A stretch of DNA of 64,000 bases from Candidatus Aenigmatarchaeota archaeon. GTDB lineage: Archaea > Aenigmatarchaeota > Aenigmatarchaeia > PWEA01 > JACQIF01. The translations under genes were made by a program, and so were the position numbers. Below the pieces are notes generated by a model. That model did not search any database. It saw only the letters and a program-made list of their open reading frames with translations, and was not told the DNA's origin. The stretch lies in the NCBI GenBank assembly GCA_016432325.1, contig CP066684.1:672001-736000 (forward strand), in the 5' to 3' direction. Shown here in pieces: positions 27,899-37,756 of this stretch (positions within the stretch are counted from its first letter, which is position 1; each line of letters opens with the position of its first letter).

Positions 27899-28362
27899 CC
27901 CAGATACCGCTGCGTGCCTTCCTCTTCCTCGCTGTACTCCTTCCAGTTCTTCTCCATCAGTTTCGTGAGCTCGAGCATCCGTGGCTTGAACTCCTTGGTC
28001 CATGCCGCGTAGCACTCCTTGATGAACTTGGCGACGTTCTCGTCCGTGGGTTCGAAGAACGCCTCAAGCGAACGCCACCTCAGTTCGTGATTTTTTCTGT
28101 ACAGTTCTGCGTACGCGTTGCGCTTGTCGTTCAGCGCGTGCGCCTCGAAAACGTGCGAAGGTGAAGAGCCCTCTGAGAGGAACAATATCGGTTCCAGAAC
28201 CTCCTGCATGGCGGTGAACGTGTCGACTATGGCCTTCTTTACATCTTGCAGAGGCGTCTGCGTCTCTTCTTCGAGGACGAAGCCGAACGTGCTCTCAAGC
28301 TCGTCGAGTTTGGGCAGGCCGAGCTTCGTCTGCAGCTTCTTGAAATCCGTGCGGGAGGACAT
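27895..28362 (-). CDS. Hypothetical protein
   Basis: 155-aa helical ORF ending YLG; upstream TTAAATA. Confidence 0.7.
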   Translation of the reverse strand: MSSRTDFKKLQTKLGLPKLDELESTFGFVLEEETQTPLQDVKKAIVDTFTAMQEVLEPILFLSEGSSPSHVFEAHALNDKRNAYAELYRKNHELRWRSLEAFFEPTDENVAKFIKECYAAWTKEFKPRMLELTKLMEKNWKEYSEEEEGTQRYLG

Positions 28363-28548
28363 GAAAAGAATGGCCAGACAAGATATTTAATACCGATACT
28401 CCCATCCTTTGGCAAGGGCTGGTGGCCATACACGCTTTTACCGGAAAGATTCGCTTTCCGTAAATACGGAATGCCCTGCATTCCGGTATTTTGAGAAAAA
28501 GCGTGGCAAAAACACGTTTTATACTTGCTCGTCGTTTGTTTTTCCAGT

Positions 28549-28798
28549 GGGCTGGTGGTCTAGCGGTTGCGCCTTTTTGCTGCGGCAAAAACCCGCGGGA
28601 AAAAATACGCCTGCCGGCAGCGCCGCACATGACGTCGCCTTAGGGAACACGATTCCCGGTGAACACATGGCGAATATCGCCGGTTCGAACCACCCTTTTG
28701 CGCGCTCGCGCTCTTCGAGCGCTCGCCTGTAAACGCGCAAAAGCGTGCACGGAAAGTCCGCCTGATGGCGCGACTCGAGAATCCGGCCCGGCCCACCA
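28549..28798 (+). tRNA. tRNA-Val(CAC) with three introns: D-loop (28569-28628), 33/34 (28642-28663), 59/60 (28690-28781)
   Basis: Spliced 76-nt cloverleaf GGGCTGGTGGTCTAGCGGTTATGACGTCGCCTTCACATGGCGAATATCGCCGGTTCGAATCCGGCCCGGCCCACCA; BHB helices GCGG/CCGC, CGCC/GGTG, TTCG/CGAG; TTTTATA about 30 bp upstream. Confidence 0.9.
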
Positions 28799-28850
28799 AA
28801 ACCTCACGGCAAGGGCCGTTGAAACGCGCAGCGTTTCTTGGGCCCACCAA

Positions 28851-30677
28851 TCACCCAAGCTCCGCATTGACTCTCTGCATCACGGCCTCCGGGCTGGCGT
28901 AGTACACGGATATTATCTTCGAGACGTCCCTGTAGTCGGTTATCTTGCGCGCGCGCATCCATTCCAGCACTTTAGCTCGGTTCCCAACCTCGTTCTTTAT
29001 ATCGTCTTCCCTGACGCCGGTCTGCTCGGAAAGCCGCTTCAGTATGTAAGAGCCTTTTGCCGACACGAATGTATCGGTCTTCGGTTCCCATGCGAAGGCT
29101 TCGTGCGCCACCGGAACGTTCTTGTCCCTGTCGAAGCCCGCTATCTCGTAAACGGACGCGACGCGCCTCGCGTAGCCGTGCTTCTTCTTCTCGCGCTTCA
29201 GGAAGACGACCATATCCAGCGTTTCAATCAGGGACGGCGAGAGGTTTATCGGGGCCGTGACGAGACGGTCCATGAGTTTCTCCATGTCTTCGGCGTGTAT
29301 CGTCGAAAGGCCCGTGTGGCCCGTAGCGATTTGTTGGAACAACACGTACGCTTCCTGGCCGCGAACCTCTCCGACTATGATGTAATCGGGCCGTTGCCTC
29401 AGCGACGATTTCAGGAGGTCGAAAAGGTCCACCTTGCCGTACTCCTTCTCGCCCATGCTCGAGATGGCTTCGCGCGCCACTTCCGGAACCCAGTGCGGGT
29501 GGGTGAGCTTCAGCTCAGGAGTGTCTTCTATCGAAACTATCTTCATCTCCGGTCGTATGAACAGACTGAGCACGTTAAGAAACGTCGTCTTGCCGGTTGC
29601 CGTGCCGCCGGAGACGAGGATGCTCTTGCCGTGTTCTATGCAGTACCAGAAGTAGGCCATCATAAGCGAATCGCACGTGCCGAAGTCTATGAAGTCCGTC
29701 GGCGTGAGCGGTTGCTCTGTGAACTTTCTTATCGTGAAGTTTGAGCCGCGCCGCGCGATGTCCGTGCTTAGCGTCGCCTGCAGACGCGAACCGTCCGGCA
29801 ACGCCGCGTCAACGAGGGGTTCGGCCATCGATACGGAGCGACCGGCCTTCTGCGCGAGACGGAACACGAACGAGTCCAGCTCGTCGCGGTCCTCGAAGAC
29901 GATGTTCGTCGGCACAGAGCCTATGCGCGGGTTCCTGTGGTAGATGAAAATGGGTATTCCGGTGCCGTCGCACGATATGTCCTCGATATAGGGGTCGTGC
30001 ATCAGCGGCTCTATCTTGCCCAACCCGATGAAGTCGCGTTTGATGTAGTAGACGAGAATCGCCTTCTTTGCGGGGTCCGGATTCGCTTCGAGGACCCGTA
30101 TGACTTCGTCTATCTTCTGTTCGAGGTAGCGTTCGGCCTCCGTACTCGTGACCTTCGTGAAAGAGACGTCGAGCCGTTCCTGTAATGTATCCTTGATGCG
30201 CTTGAGAACCACCGCGTCCTCCTTGCTCAACTGCGGTTCGACGACGGCATAAACGACCGAATGCGTGGACGGATTCCACGTGATGTGCGCGTACGCGAAT
30301 ATGCGCTCTCCTTTGGCCGGTTTCGCCGGCACGAGCGGATAGACGGCGTTGATTGTTCTGATATCGTCTTCTTCGTTAGCCGACGCCTTGGCCTTGGCCA
30401 TCTGTACCTTCGGCAGTTTGAGGAGCCGGCTCTCAGGAAGCGTCGCCGACTTGCCCTTCTCGACTATCTCTATCTTCACAGGTTCGTTCTGCCGCGGCAG
30501 CCCGGTCGGGATGGCATATCCGGCGATTGGCCGGCCTTCGGCGACGCTCACAGGGAACCCCGTGCCGTAACCGCCGCCCGGCGCGCCCCCTATCCTCCAC
30601 TTCCCCGCTGTTTCGAGAAGCTCCGGATGCTTCTGCGCGGCGTCCTTGAGCAGCCGGACGAGTTTGTTGACTCTCAT
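28851..30677 (-). CDS. Type IV pilus/secretion assembly ATPase (FlaI/TadA-like)
   Basis: IEDISCDG, LPDGSRLQ, FTIRKF, GGTATGKTT, IEDTPE, LRQRPDYIIVGEVRG, TGH..STIHA. Confidence 0.93.
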   Translation of the reverse strand: MRVNKLVRLLKDAAQKHPELLETAGKWRIGGAPGGGYGTGFPVSVAEGRPIAGYAIPTGLPRQNEPVKIEIVEKGKSATLPESRLLKLPKVQMAKAKASANEEDDIRTINAVYPLVPAKPAKGERIFAYAHITWNPSTHSVVYAVVEPQLSKEDAVVLKRIKDTLQERLDVSFTKVTSTEAERYLEQKIDEVIRVLEANPDPAKKAILVYYIKRDFIGLGKIEPLMHDPYIEDISCDGTGIPIFIYHRNPRIGSVPTNIVFEDRDELDSFVFRLAQKAGRSVSMAEPLVDAALPDGSRLQATLSTDIARRGSNFTIRKFTEQPLTPTDFIDFGTCDSLMMAYFWYCIEHGKSILVSGGTATGKTTFLNVLSLFIRPEMKIVSIEDTPELKLTHPHWVPEVAREAISSMGEKEYGKVDLFDLLKSSLRQRPDYIIVGEVRGQEAYVLFQQIATGHTGLSTIHAEDMEKLMDRLVTAPINLSPSLIETLDMVVFLKREKKKHGYARRVASVYEIAGFDRDKNVPVAHEAFAWEPKTDTFVSAKGSYILKRLSEQTGVREDDIKNEVGNRAKVLEWMRARKITDYRDVSKIISVYYASPEAVMQRVNAELG

Positions 30678-30759
30678 CGTAGCACCAGACAGATTTGCAT
30701 TTTTCAGTATATGAAACTGCGGTTTCAAACGTCCGTCGTGCTGAGATCGACGGACAATA

Positions 30760-31233
30760 TCATATCGACGGTCTGAGCAGGCGTATCGTTTTGCCGGCCC
30801 GACTGCCCTCGATTCTTATCGCGCCCGCCGAGCTTGAAACCGTGCCCGATACGAGATATGCGCCGGCCACGCCCTCTATATCCATCGTGGAGTTGGCGTT
30901 GTCTGACAACACGATGAGCCGCGCGCCGTCCGCGGCCACCGTGTACTCGCCCATCGATATCTCTTTAGGTATCTCAATCGTCACGGACGCGCTGGAGCTG
31001 TACGACAGTTCCTTGGCAACGCGTTCCATTCCTGTCATGACGAGCGCGCCTGCTTCGTTGAGCTGGTCGTCTTCTGCCAGCCCGGCGACGCGGTCGCTTA
31101 TCGCGCGGAAGCTGAAGAGTATGCTGAGCGTGATGACAAGCCCTATCGTGAAGAGGAACATCTGCTCGATTGTGAGGCTCTGCCCCTTCCTGCCCTCTAG
31201 GGCGGGAAGCTCGTTCTTGCATGCACGCATCAC
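30760..31233 (-). CDS. Pilin-like protein with class III signal peptide
   Basis: RKG/QSLTIE followed by hydrophobic helix; upstream of the ATPase. Confidence 0.75.
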   Translation of the reverse strand: MMRACKNELPALEGRKGQSLTIEQMFLFTIGLVITLSILFSFRAISDRVAGLAEDDQLNEAGALVMTGMERVAKELSYSSSASVTIEIPKEISMGEYTVAADGARLIVLSDNANSTMDIEGVAGAYLVSGTVSSSAGAIRIEGSRAGKTIRLLRPSI

Positions 31234-31925
31234 TCGAACCTCAGAACGATGTTCACGACGTTCAGGTCCCTACCGTCAGAGCCGCCGCCCTTTATCGTGT
31301 CGACGCCTTCGTGGACTATCGTTATGTCGTGCGTCCCCTGCCCGACGACGTCGCGCCCGCTGGTCTTCAGGTTTATCAGGTTGCCGACGCTTCCTGCCAC
31401 GGTCTCCCTGTATGCCAACGTAAGCTCGACGCTGAAGCCGCCGTCGATCGCCTCTGAGAACGCTTTTAGCGCGCCCGCGTTGGATGTTATGGGAACGACC
31501 GTGCGGTTGTCCCCGGAGAGGTAGATGTCAGAGCCCGTCGCTATTATCTGACCCGTCGTTTTGAAAGAAACCGAAACTTCGTCGTTGTATCCGTTGTCCG
31601 CAAGCCTGAGTTCTCCGGGGACGTCCACGTTCTCTATGCGTTCGCGCCCGCCGGAAGCAGCGACGCGCTCTATCTTCTCGTCCATGTCCTTCATGAGCCG
31701 CTCCATGTTGTTCATAGTCACTGTGTCCTTCTGCTTCTCGATCAGCGGGACGCCCCAGAAGTACGCGGCAGAGACGAGCACGATGAGTATGCCCGTGAGC
31801 AGCACGGCCGTGACGAGTTGCGACTGTCCTTTCACACTTTTAGAAAAAGTGTGTACGGCAACACCTGTTGCCGACATGCCGAAAAGCCGCGCTTTTCGTG
31901 CATGGGCAAAACACGGATGCTTCAT
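31230..31925 (-). CDS. Pilin-like protein with class III signal peptide and hairpin-derived N-terminal extension
   Basis: KG/QSQLVTAVLLTGILIVLV..WGVPLIEK. Confidence 0.75.
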   Translation of the reverse strand: MKHPCFAHARKARLFGMSATGVAVHTFSKSVKGQSQLVTAVLLTGILIVLVSAAYFWGVPLIEKQKDTVTMNNMERLMKDMDEKIERVAASGGRERIENVDVPGELRLADNGYNDEVSVSFKTTGQIIATGSDIYLSGDNRTVVPITSNAGALKAFSEAIDGGFSVELTLAYRETVAGSVGNLINLKTSGRDVVGQGTHDITIVHEGVDTIKGGGSDGRDLNVVNIVLRFE

Positions 31926-31962
31926 AACCAGAGATTTGGAGACCGCCTAATAAAAACGCGTT

Positions 31963-32163
31963 TTATGCCTTGCGCTCGAGCTCGGACGTAAGCTGCTCCA
32001 CCTTCAGGTAGATGTTGAGCATCACGAGAATGGCCACTATCGCAAGAATCGTCAACACGGCCTGCCCCACGGATATGGTGCCGCCGACTGCGCTGAACGC
32101 CGCGGTCATCCCTGCGAGCGTCAGTGCCGCCGAGACGAATATGTTCGCGTGCTTGGAGTGCAT
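31963..32163 (-). CDS. Small two-TM protein
   Basis: Hydrophobic; GGAGGT SD; resembles the adjacent ORF (IYLKVEQL vs LYYKVDQM). Confidence 0.6.
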   Translation of the reverse strand: MHSKHANIFVSAALTLAGMTAAFSAVGGTISVGQAVLTILAIVAILVMLNIYLKVEQLTSELERKA

Positions 32164-32167
32164 CAGG

Positions 32168-32389
32168 CTACCTCCTCTTTTTGGGCACGGCCATCTGGTC
32201 GACCTTGTAATATAGCGTCAGGAGAAGTATTATGACGACGCAGAGCAAAGCTATCGCCACGCCTTCAAAGATGGCTATTTTATAGTTGAGCGCGTTGTAC
32301 AGGCTGGCGATTGAAACAATGACGAGCAGCATCGCCACAAACGTCCCCAGATACTTCACGATGTCCGACGCGGCCTTCATTTCCGTCAC
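32168..32389 (-). CDS. Small two-TM protein
   Basis: Hydrophobic, operonic overlap. Confidence 0.6.
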   Translation of the reverse strand: MTEMKAASDIVKYLGTFVAMLLVIVSIASLYNALNYKIAIFEGVAIALLCVVIILLLTLYYKVDQMAVPKKRR

Positions 32390-32829
32390 TTCACTATGCG
32401 TATCCTTGGATATTTTGAGGTTCCGGGCGGTTGCGCGTATGCAGGCGGCGCAGGCCCCTGTGTCTTCTTGCTCGCTTCGAGGACCTGTTCGTTGAGTTCG
32501 ATGAGCCTGTCAAACTTCTCCACGATGCTCTCGGGCATCGATTCCTCTCCAGTCGCCTTCTTCAGCAGTTCGACCAGCTGTTTCCAGCTCTCCACGACCT
32601 CGTCTATCTTTGGAGGTATGGCCTGCAAATCCTGCCGCAGCGAGTTGTTCGCCTTTACGACCTCGTCCACGAGCTTCTGGTTGGCCTTTATGAGGTCCAT
32701 TACGTCGCGGATGAATTCGCGGTCTGCGTTCTCGTCCTTCTTCTCGACCTTCCTCAGGCGCTCTTCCATTCTTCTAAGAGGGGTGAGTGGAATGACCTCG
32801 TACTCTTCTTCGCCATAGTCGTCAGGCAT
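32386..32829 (-). CDS. Coiled-coil hypothetical protein heading the pilus cluster
   Basis: YEVIPLTPLRRMEERL, NQKLVDE; upstream TTTATAAA. Confidence 0.7.
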   Translation of the reverse strand: MPDDYGEEEYEVIPLTPLRRMEERLRKVEKKDENADREFIRDVMDLIKANQKLVDEVVKANNSLRQDLQAIPPKIDEVVESWKQLVELLKKATGEESMPESIVEKFDRLIELNEQVLEASKKTQGPAPPAYAQPPGTSKYPRIRIVK

Positions 32830-32887
32830 GTAATCGAGAAAGAGTTGGGAACCCGAATTTATAAAGACGGAGTGCGTATCATACGCG

Positions 32888-34716
32888 ATGAACAGCCGTT
32901 TCTTCGCGCTGGCGCTCGCGTTCCTCTTGGCTTCGCCCCTCGTTCTGGCCCAGGTCTCCCATCCGGCTTCCGAGTTGACGCCCGGAACGTTCTCGTCAGG
33001 CGACTACCGGCTCACCGGAATAATGTACTACGGACCCTCGCAACCCTGCGATGGGGCGCCAACACGAACTATATCAGCGAAATCGGAAGCGATTCCGCGC
33101 TTAGATATGACGGCAAACTATTGTTTGCCCCAAGCGGCGTTATCACCGGGGCGATAGATTCCTCCGGCAACGTCGGCATCGGTACGACGAGCCCAGGAGC
33201 GCTCCTTGAGATTTCTCAGGACATTGCATCGCCCTCGACAAACGGGCAATTCCGAATAAGAGGGAAAACCAACGGCAACCAACTGCTCGTACTTGCATAC
33301 GACACCACGAACAACAACGGTTTCATAAGATCGGTTCTTAGCGGTTCCGGAAGCACTCCATTGAAACTTCAGGCGAGCAGATTCGAATTTAACGAAGGCA
33401 ACGTCGGCATCGGGATAACGCCGGCTAGGGCTCTGGACGTCAATGGAGCAATACGCGTGAACAGCAACGGCGCCGACGACCAAAACTTCGAGGTGTACCA
33501 CCCGGGCATTCCGGGGGTCGTTGGAAAGTTGACGCCATACAGCACATACGGCGCCCAGCTTTCCGCGCCCGGGCCTTGGGGAGGTCCTCTCGCGCTGACG
33601 TCGGCCAGCGGCTCCGTCTTGCTCCAGCCTTCTGGTGGCGCTGTCAGCATCGGCGGCTTCGTCTCGGACGTGGGTTCGCGGACTACGCTTCCCAGCGGTT
33701 CGGACTTCCACTACGCCAGGCTCAGCGGCGAAACGTCTGACAGATTCAGGATGAGCGGGACGGCGTCAAACGGAATCGTTCTCAACTGGGGCAGCGGCTC
33801 AGCGGCGACGGACACAAATCTGTACCGCTCGGCGGCAAACGCGCTTAAAACCGACGGTTCATTGTTTGTCGGCGGCCAGCTCAATGTCGGCGGCCAGGGC
33901 GTTCTAACGGTCGGCGGAACGCCATCCAAGATAAGCGTCGGCGACCTCGCAGGCGGCGACGGCAGCGTGCCCAACCTCGCCTTCCGCACCAATGACGCGG
34001 AGCGCGTCCTCATCGACGGCAGCGGCGGCGTAACTCTTTACAATCTTCCTAACTGCAACACAATCGACACGGACGCGAACGGCAAGCTCACGTGCGGCAC
34101 GGACGCAGTAGGCGGAGGCGTCACTTCAATATCGCAAGGAACAGGAATGTCTTTCAGCAGCAATCCGATAATGACTACCGGAACGATAAGCCTCAACACA
34201 GCCGCCATCAGCTCGTGCACAGGTTCTGGTCAGAAGATAATATGGGACTCTTCTAATGGCCGCCTGACGTGCGGAACGGACGTGGATACGGACACGGACC
34301 ACCATGACAATCCTGCGAGCCACGCGGCGACAGGCAACATAGATGCTAACGGATACAAAGTAACCAGCCTCGCCGCGCCCACGGCCAACGGCGACGCCGC
34401 GACAAAGGCGTACGTGGACGCGCAGGTGGGCGGTACTGGGGGCACATACTTCATCAGCGCTTATCAAGCTCCCGGAGGGCAGTTCGCGGCATCGATGCAG
34501 TGTCCGTCTGGGACGAAACTCATCAGATGTGTTCGGGGTCCGGCAGACGGTGCACGGGCGGCCGATGCATTCCAAAACGTTCCTTGGATAATCGGCCATG
34601 CTCAGCCTTCCAACGTGGCGTTCTGCGATCAGAGCGTTCTAGGCGGTCCCGGATGGACATGGAACGACCCCAATAACGGCGTCCAGATGTACGGCCTCTG
34701 CGCGAAGGCGGGCTGA
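32888..34716 (+). pseudogene. Secreted fibre/adhesin-like protein split by a frameshift near 33030-33045
   Basis: Signal peptide and QVSHPASELTPGTF lie in one frame; the body with GNVGIGT repeats and DAATKAYVD lies in another. Confidence 0.65.
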
Positions 34717-34724
34717 AACAGACC

Positions 34725-35288
34725 GTGATGCGAATGGCGACCAAACCCAAGCTTCCTCTTAAGTTTCTCGCGGCCATTGTCGGCCTGCTCGTCGTAGTTA
34801 TTGTCGTACTCTACGCGCCGCAGACGGAACGTGTATCGGAATGCATTTCTCGTACAGAAACGGTCACCGTCCGCGGCCAATCGATGGAGCCGCTTCTGGA
34901 AGAAGGACAGGAGGTGCGCGCCCTCTACGGCTACTACGACTGCAACGACGTGTCGCGCGGGGACATCGTCCTGTTCTCGTACACGGGCAGCGAGACTCCG
35001 TTGATAAAACGAGTCCGCGCGCTTCCGGACGATACGTTCGCCCTCGTCGAGAGCAACGGCGCGTGGAACATTCTGGTAAACAACGAAATCCTGAAGAATT
35101 CGGCCGGCGCGCCTTACGCGCTTGACAATAACGCGGCCAGGCTTCTGCAACTCTACGAGCACGATTACAACGGAACCGTGCCGGAGAACGCGTACATGCT
35201 TCTCGGCGAGTTTCCCGAAGGAAGCACGGACAGCACGCGCTTCGGGCTCGTTGACAAGAGCGGTATATTGGCGCTCGTGGACGTCTGA
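34725..35288 (+). CDS. Signal peptidase I (S26, Ser-Lys type)
   Basis: VRGQSMEP, RGDIV, LIKRV, STDSTRFG. Confidence 0.85.
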   Translation: MMRMATKPKLPLKFLAAIVGLLVVVIVVLYAPQTERVSECISRTETVTVRGQSMEPLLEEGQEVRALYGYYDCNDVSRGDIVLFSYTGSETPLIKRVRALPDDTFALVESNGAWNILVNNEILKNSAGAPYALDNNAARLLQLYEHDYNGTVPENAYMLLGEFPEGSTDSTRFGLVDKSGILALVDV

Positions 35289-35356
35289 TCCGACAAACGT
35301 CTCTGTTAGCGCGTAACACTAACGAAGCTTATTAGTCCTAACGCCAAACACCTATC

Positions 35357-36040
35357 ATGAGAGCCATTGTTGCGTTCCTGTTCGTAGTGGCCGTGGCAGG
35401 CTGTGTTGGCGGCGCCGGCGTCACATCGACACAGGGCAAGCTGCTCGTGGGCATAACAGACGCCGCCGTAGACTCCTCTACCGTGACGTCCGTCATAATC
35501 ACCGTCGAGTCGGCCGAGGTGCACAGCGCTTCCGCGGACTCGTGGACCACCATTTCGTCGTCGGCAAAAACCTACGACCTGATGCAGCTCGATTCTCAGG
35601 ACGTCGTCAAGCTGTTCGGCGAAGCCACGCTCGACGCGGGCACGTACAACCAGATGCGTCTGGACATTTCAAATGTCGCGGTGACGATCAACGGCACGAC
35701 AAGCGATGCCAAATTGCCCAGCTCCAGAATAGAGATACCCGTCACGGTTGTCGTAAACGCCAACTCCACATCGGCCGTTGTCCTTGACTTCCAGGCCGAC
35801 CAGTCGCTGCATGCGACAGGCAACGGAACGGTGATAATGGCTCCGGTGATACACGTCAAGAGCACGAGCAACGCCTCGGCGTCAGTATCAGGCGACAACG
35901 TAGAGGTGAGCGGCGGACGAACGGATGACGACAAGGAAGTGGGAATGGACGCCGAAGGCCATGTGGGCGTGGGGCTGCGCATAGCGGCCAACGCCAAACT
36001 GAACGTCGGTGCGAACGGGAAGATCAGCATCGGAGCATAA
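35357..36040 (+). CDS. DUF4382-like lipoprotein
   Basis: Lipobox VAGC, VGITDA, GTYNQMRL, KLPS, VLDF..DQS. Confidence 0.7.
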   Translation: MRAIVAFLFVVAVAGCVGGAGVTSTQGKLLVGITDAAVDSSTVTSVIITVESAEVHSASADSWTTISSSAKTYDLMQLDSQDVVKLFGEATLDAGTYNQMRLDISNVAVTINGTTSDAKLPSSRIEIPVTVVVNANSTSAVVLDFQADQSLHATGNGTVIMAPVIHVKSTSNASASVSGDNVEVSGGRTDDDKEVGMDAEGHVGVGLRIAANAKLNVGANGKISIGA

Positions 36041-36067
36041 TCTTATTCTTGTCGCGCGCGTTGAGCA

Positions 36068-36262
36068 TCAAATGTCCCTGAAAGGGTCCGGTCTCACGAA
36101 TTCCGCTTTCGCGCCGCATCTTTCCTTGTGGGCTTTCCATTCGTCCATTTCCCTGTTCGCCAGAGCGGACAGACGGTCGGCCTCTTGCCGGTTTCCTGCG
36201 CGTCTCGCTTCGTCGGCCTTATCTATCAGGTCGGACACGTAGCCGCTGAATGTGTAGTCCAT
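36068..36262 (-). CDS. Small hypothetical protein
   Basis: 64-aa ORF with TTTATA about 25 bp upstream. Confidence 0.45.
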   Translation of the reverse strand: MDYTFSGYVSDLIDKADEARRAGNRQEADRLSALANREMDEWKAHKERCGAKAEFVRPDPFRDI

Positions 36263-36308
36263 GCACAGAGCTGGCGCTAAAACTATAAATAATGTTACAA
36301 GACGCGCA

Positions 36309-37577
36309 CTAAGCCTTCACAAGTTCCAAGCAAACGCCCGCCGCAACCGTCTGGCCCATGTCGCGGATGGCGAAGCGGGCGAGAGGCGGGAAGTCCTTCT
36401 GCGTCTCGATTGCCAGAGGCTTGGTCGGAACGACCTTTACGATTGCCGCGTCTCCGGTCTTGATGAAGTCGGGGTTCTCTTCTATCGTCTCGCCGGTTTT
36501 CGGGTTTATCTTCTTCAGAATGGCCTCGAACCTGCACGCGACCTGCGCGGTGTGGCAGTGGAAGACCGGCGTGTATCCCTTGGTGATTACGTTGGGGTGG
36601 TTTAGGACGATTATCTGCGCCTTGAACTCCTTGGCAACTGTTGGAGGCGAATCGGGCGAGCCGATGACGTCTCCGCGCTTTACCTGTCCCTTGTCAACAC
36701 CGCGAACGTTGATGCCGACGTTGTCTCCCGGACCGGCTTCCGGCGCTTCTTCGTGGTGCATCTCGATGCTCTTCACTTCGCCCACGACGTTCGCCGGCAT
36801 GAATATTATCTTCTGTCCCTTCTTCAGCACGCCGGTTTCGACGCGGCCAACAGGAACCGTTCCTACGCCTGTTATGGTGTAGACGTCCTGCACAGGCACG
36901 CGCAACGGCTTGTCCCTGGACTTTTGCGGAGGCTGGAGGTCGTCCAGCGACTCGAGCAGAGTCTTGCCCGTATACCACGCCATGTTCGTGGACTTGTTCG
37001 CAACGTTGTCGCCCTGATACGCGGACGTCGGTATGAAAGGTATCTTCGCGGGGTCGTAGCCGATTCCCTTGAGAATCTTCGAGACGTCCTCCTTGGTCTT
37101 GTTGAACGCCTCCTGCTTGTAGCCGACCTCGTCCATCTTGTTGATCGCGATTATCATCTGGTTGACTCCGAGAACCTTCGCCAGATAGATGTGCTCTTTC
37201 GTTTGGGCCTGCGGGCCGTCCTTGGCCGAGCAGACGAGTATTGCAGCGTCTGCCTGCGACGCGCCTGTAATCATGTTCTTTACGAAGTCACGGTGGCCCG
37301 GAGCGTCGATGACCGTGAAGTAGAATTTTGGAGTGTCGAAGCGCTTGTGCATGACGTCGATGGTGACGCCTCTCTGGCGCTCTTCCTTAAGCTGGTCCAT
37401 GACGAAGGCGAACTCGAAGGTCTCCTTCTTGTACTCCTTGGCGATTTCCTTTATCTTGCGCATCTCTTCCTCAGGAACGTTCTTCGTGTCCCACAGGAGG
37501 CGGCCTATCATAGTGCTCTTCCCGTGGTCTACGTGACCGATCGTAACCAAGTTAAGGTGCTCCTTTTGCGCAGCCAT
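36309..37577 (-). CDS. tuf: Translation elongation factor EF-1alpha
   Basis: [49 protein letters not shown]. Confidence 0.98.
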   Translation of the reverse strand: MAAQKEHLNLVTIGHVDHGKSTMIGRLLWDTKNVPEEEMRKIKEIAKEYKKETFEFAFVMDQLKEERQRGVTIDVMHKRFDTPKFYFTVIDAPGHRDFVKNMITGASQADAAILVCSAKDGPQAQTKEHIYLAKVLGVNQMIIAINKMDEVGYKQEAFNKTKEDVSKILKGIGYDPAKIPFIPTSAYQGDNVANKSTNMAWYTGKTLLESLDDLQPPQKSRDKPLRVPVQDVYTITGVGTVPVGRVETGVLKKGQKIIFMPANVVGEVKSIEMHHEEAPEAGPGDNVGINVRGVDKGQVKRGDVIGSPDSPPTVAKEFKAQIIVLNHPNVITKGYTPVFHCHTAQVACRFEAILKKINPKTGETIEENPDFIKTGDAAIVKVVPTKPLAIETQKDFPPLARFAIRDMGQTVAAGVCLELVKA

Positions 37578-37756
37578 TTGCATTCCCCATACGTCACAAG
37601 ACGTAGGTTCCATAGCAGAACAAAGCTATATAAACGTTATTTTTGGCGCGTCCGGGGCAAGTAAACTCAAAATGCGCGGCCGTTTTGAGGTTGTTTTTCG
37701 CGGCGCAAAGCACCCAAAGCTATAAATTATGGCCGTGTAAAGGTAAGCGGTTTCTT

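Noticed and set aside
28416-28430. Trans-spliced split tRNA half
   Set aside because: Only 10 nt match the tRNA 5' end, no D-arm follows, and a complete cis gene lies 133 bp away
28745-28775. RNase P RNA (GGAAAGTCCG motif)
   Set aside because: Lies inside the tRNA-Val T-loop intron; no complementary 3' P4 strand found
28239-28867. Cluster of short overlapping ORFs on both strands
   Set aside because: Explained by the three-intron tRNA-Val and flanking hairpins
32431-33030. N-terminal 200 aa of the 761-aa track ORF
   Set aside because: Antisense to 32386-32829; the real N-terminus is the signal peptide at 32888 in another frame
32888-34716. Diversity-generating retroelement target
   Set aside because: No reverse transcriptase and no adenine-variant template/variable repeat pair seen in the window
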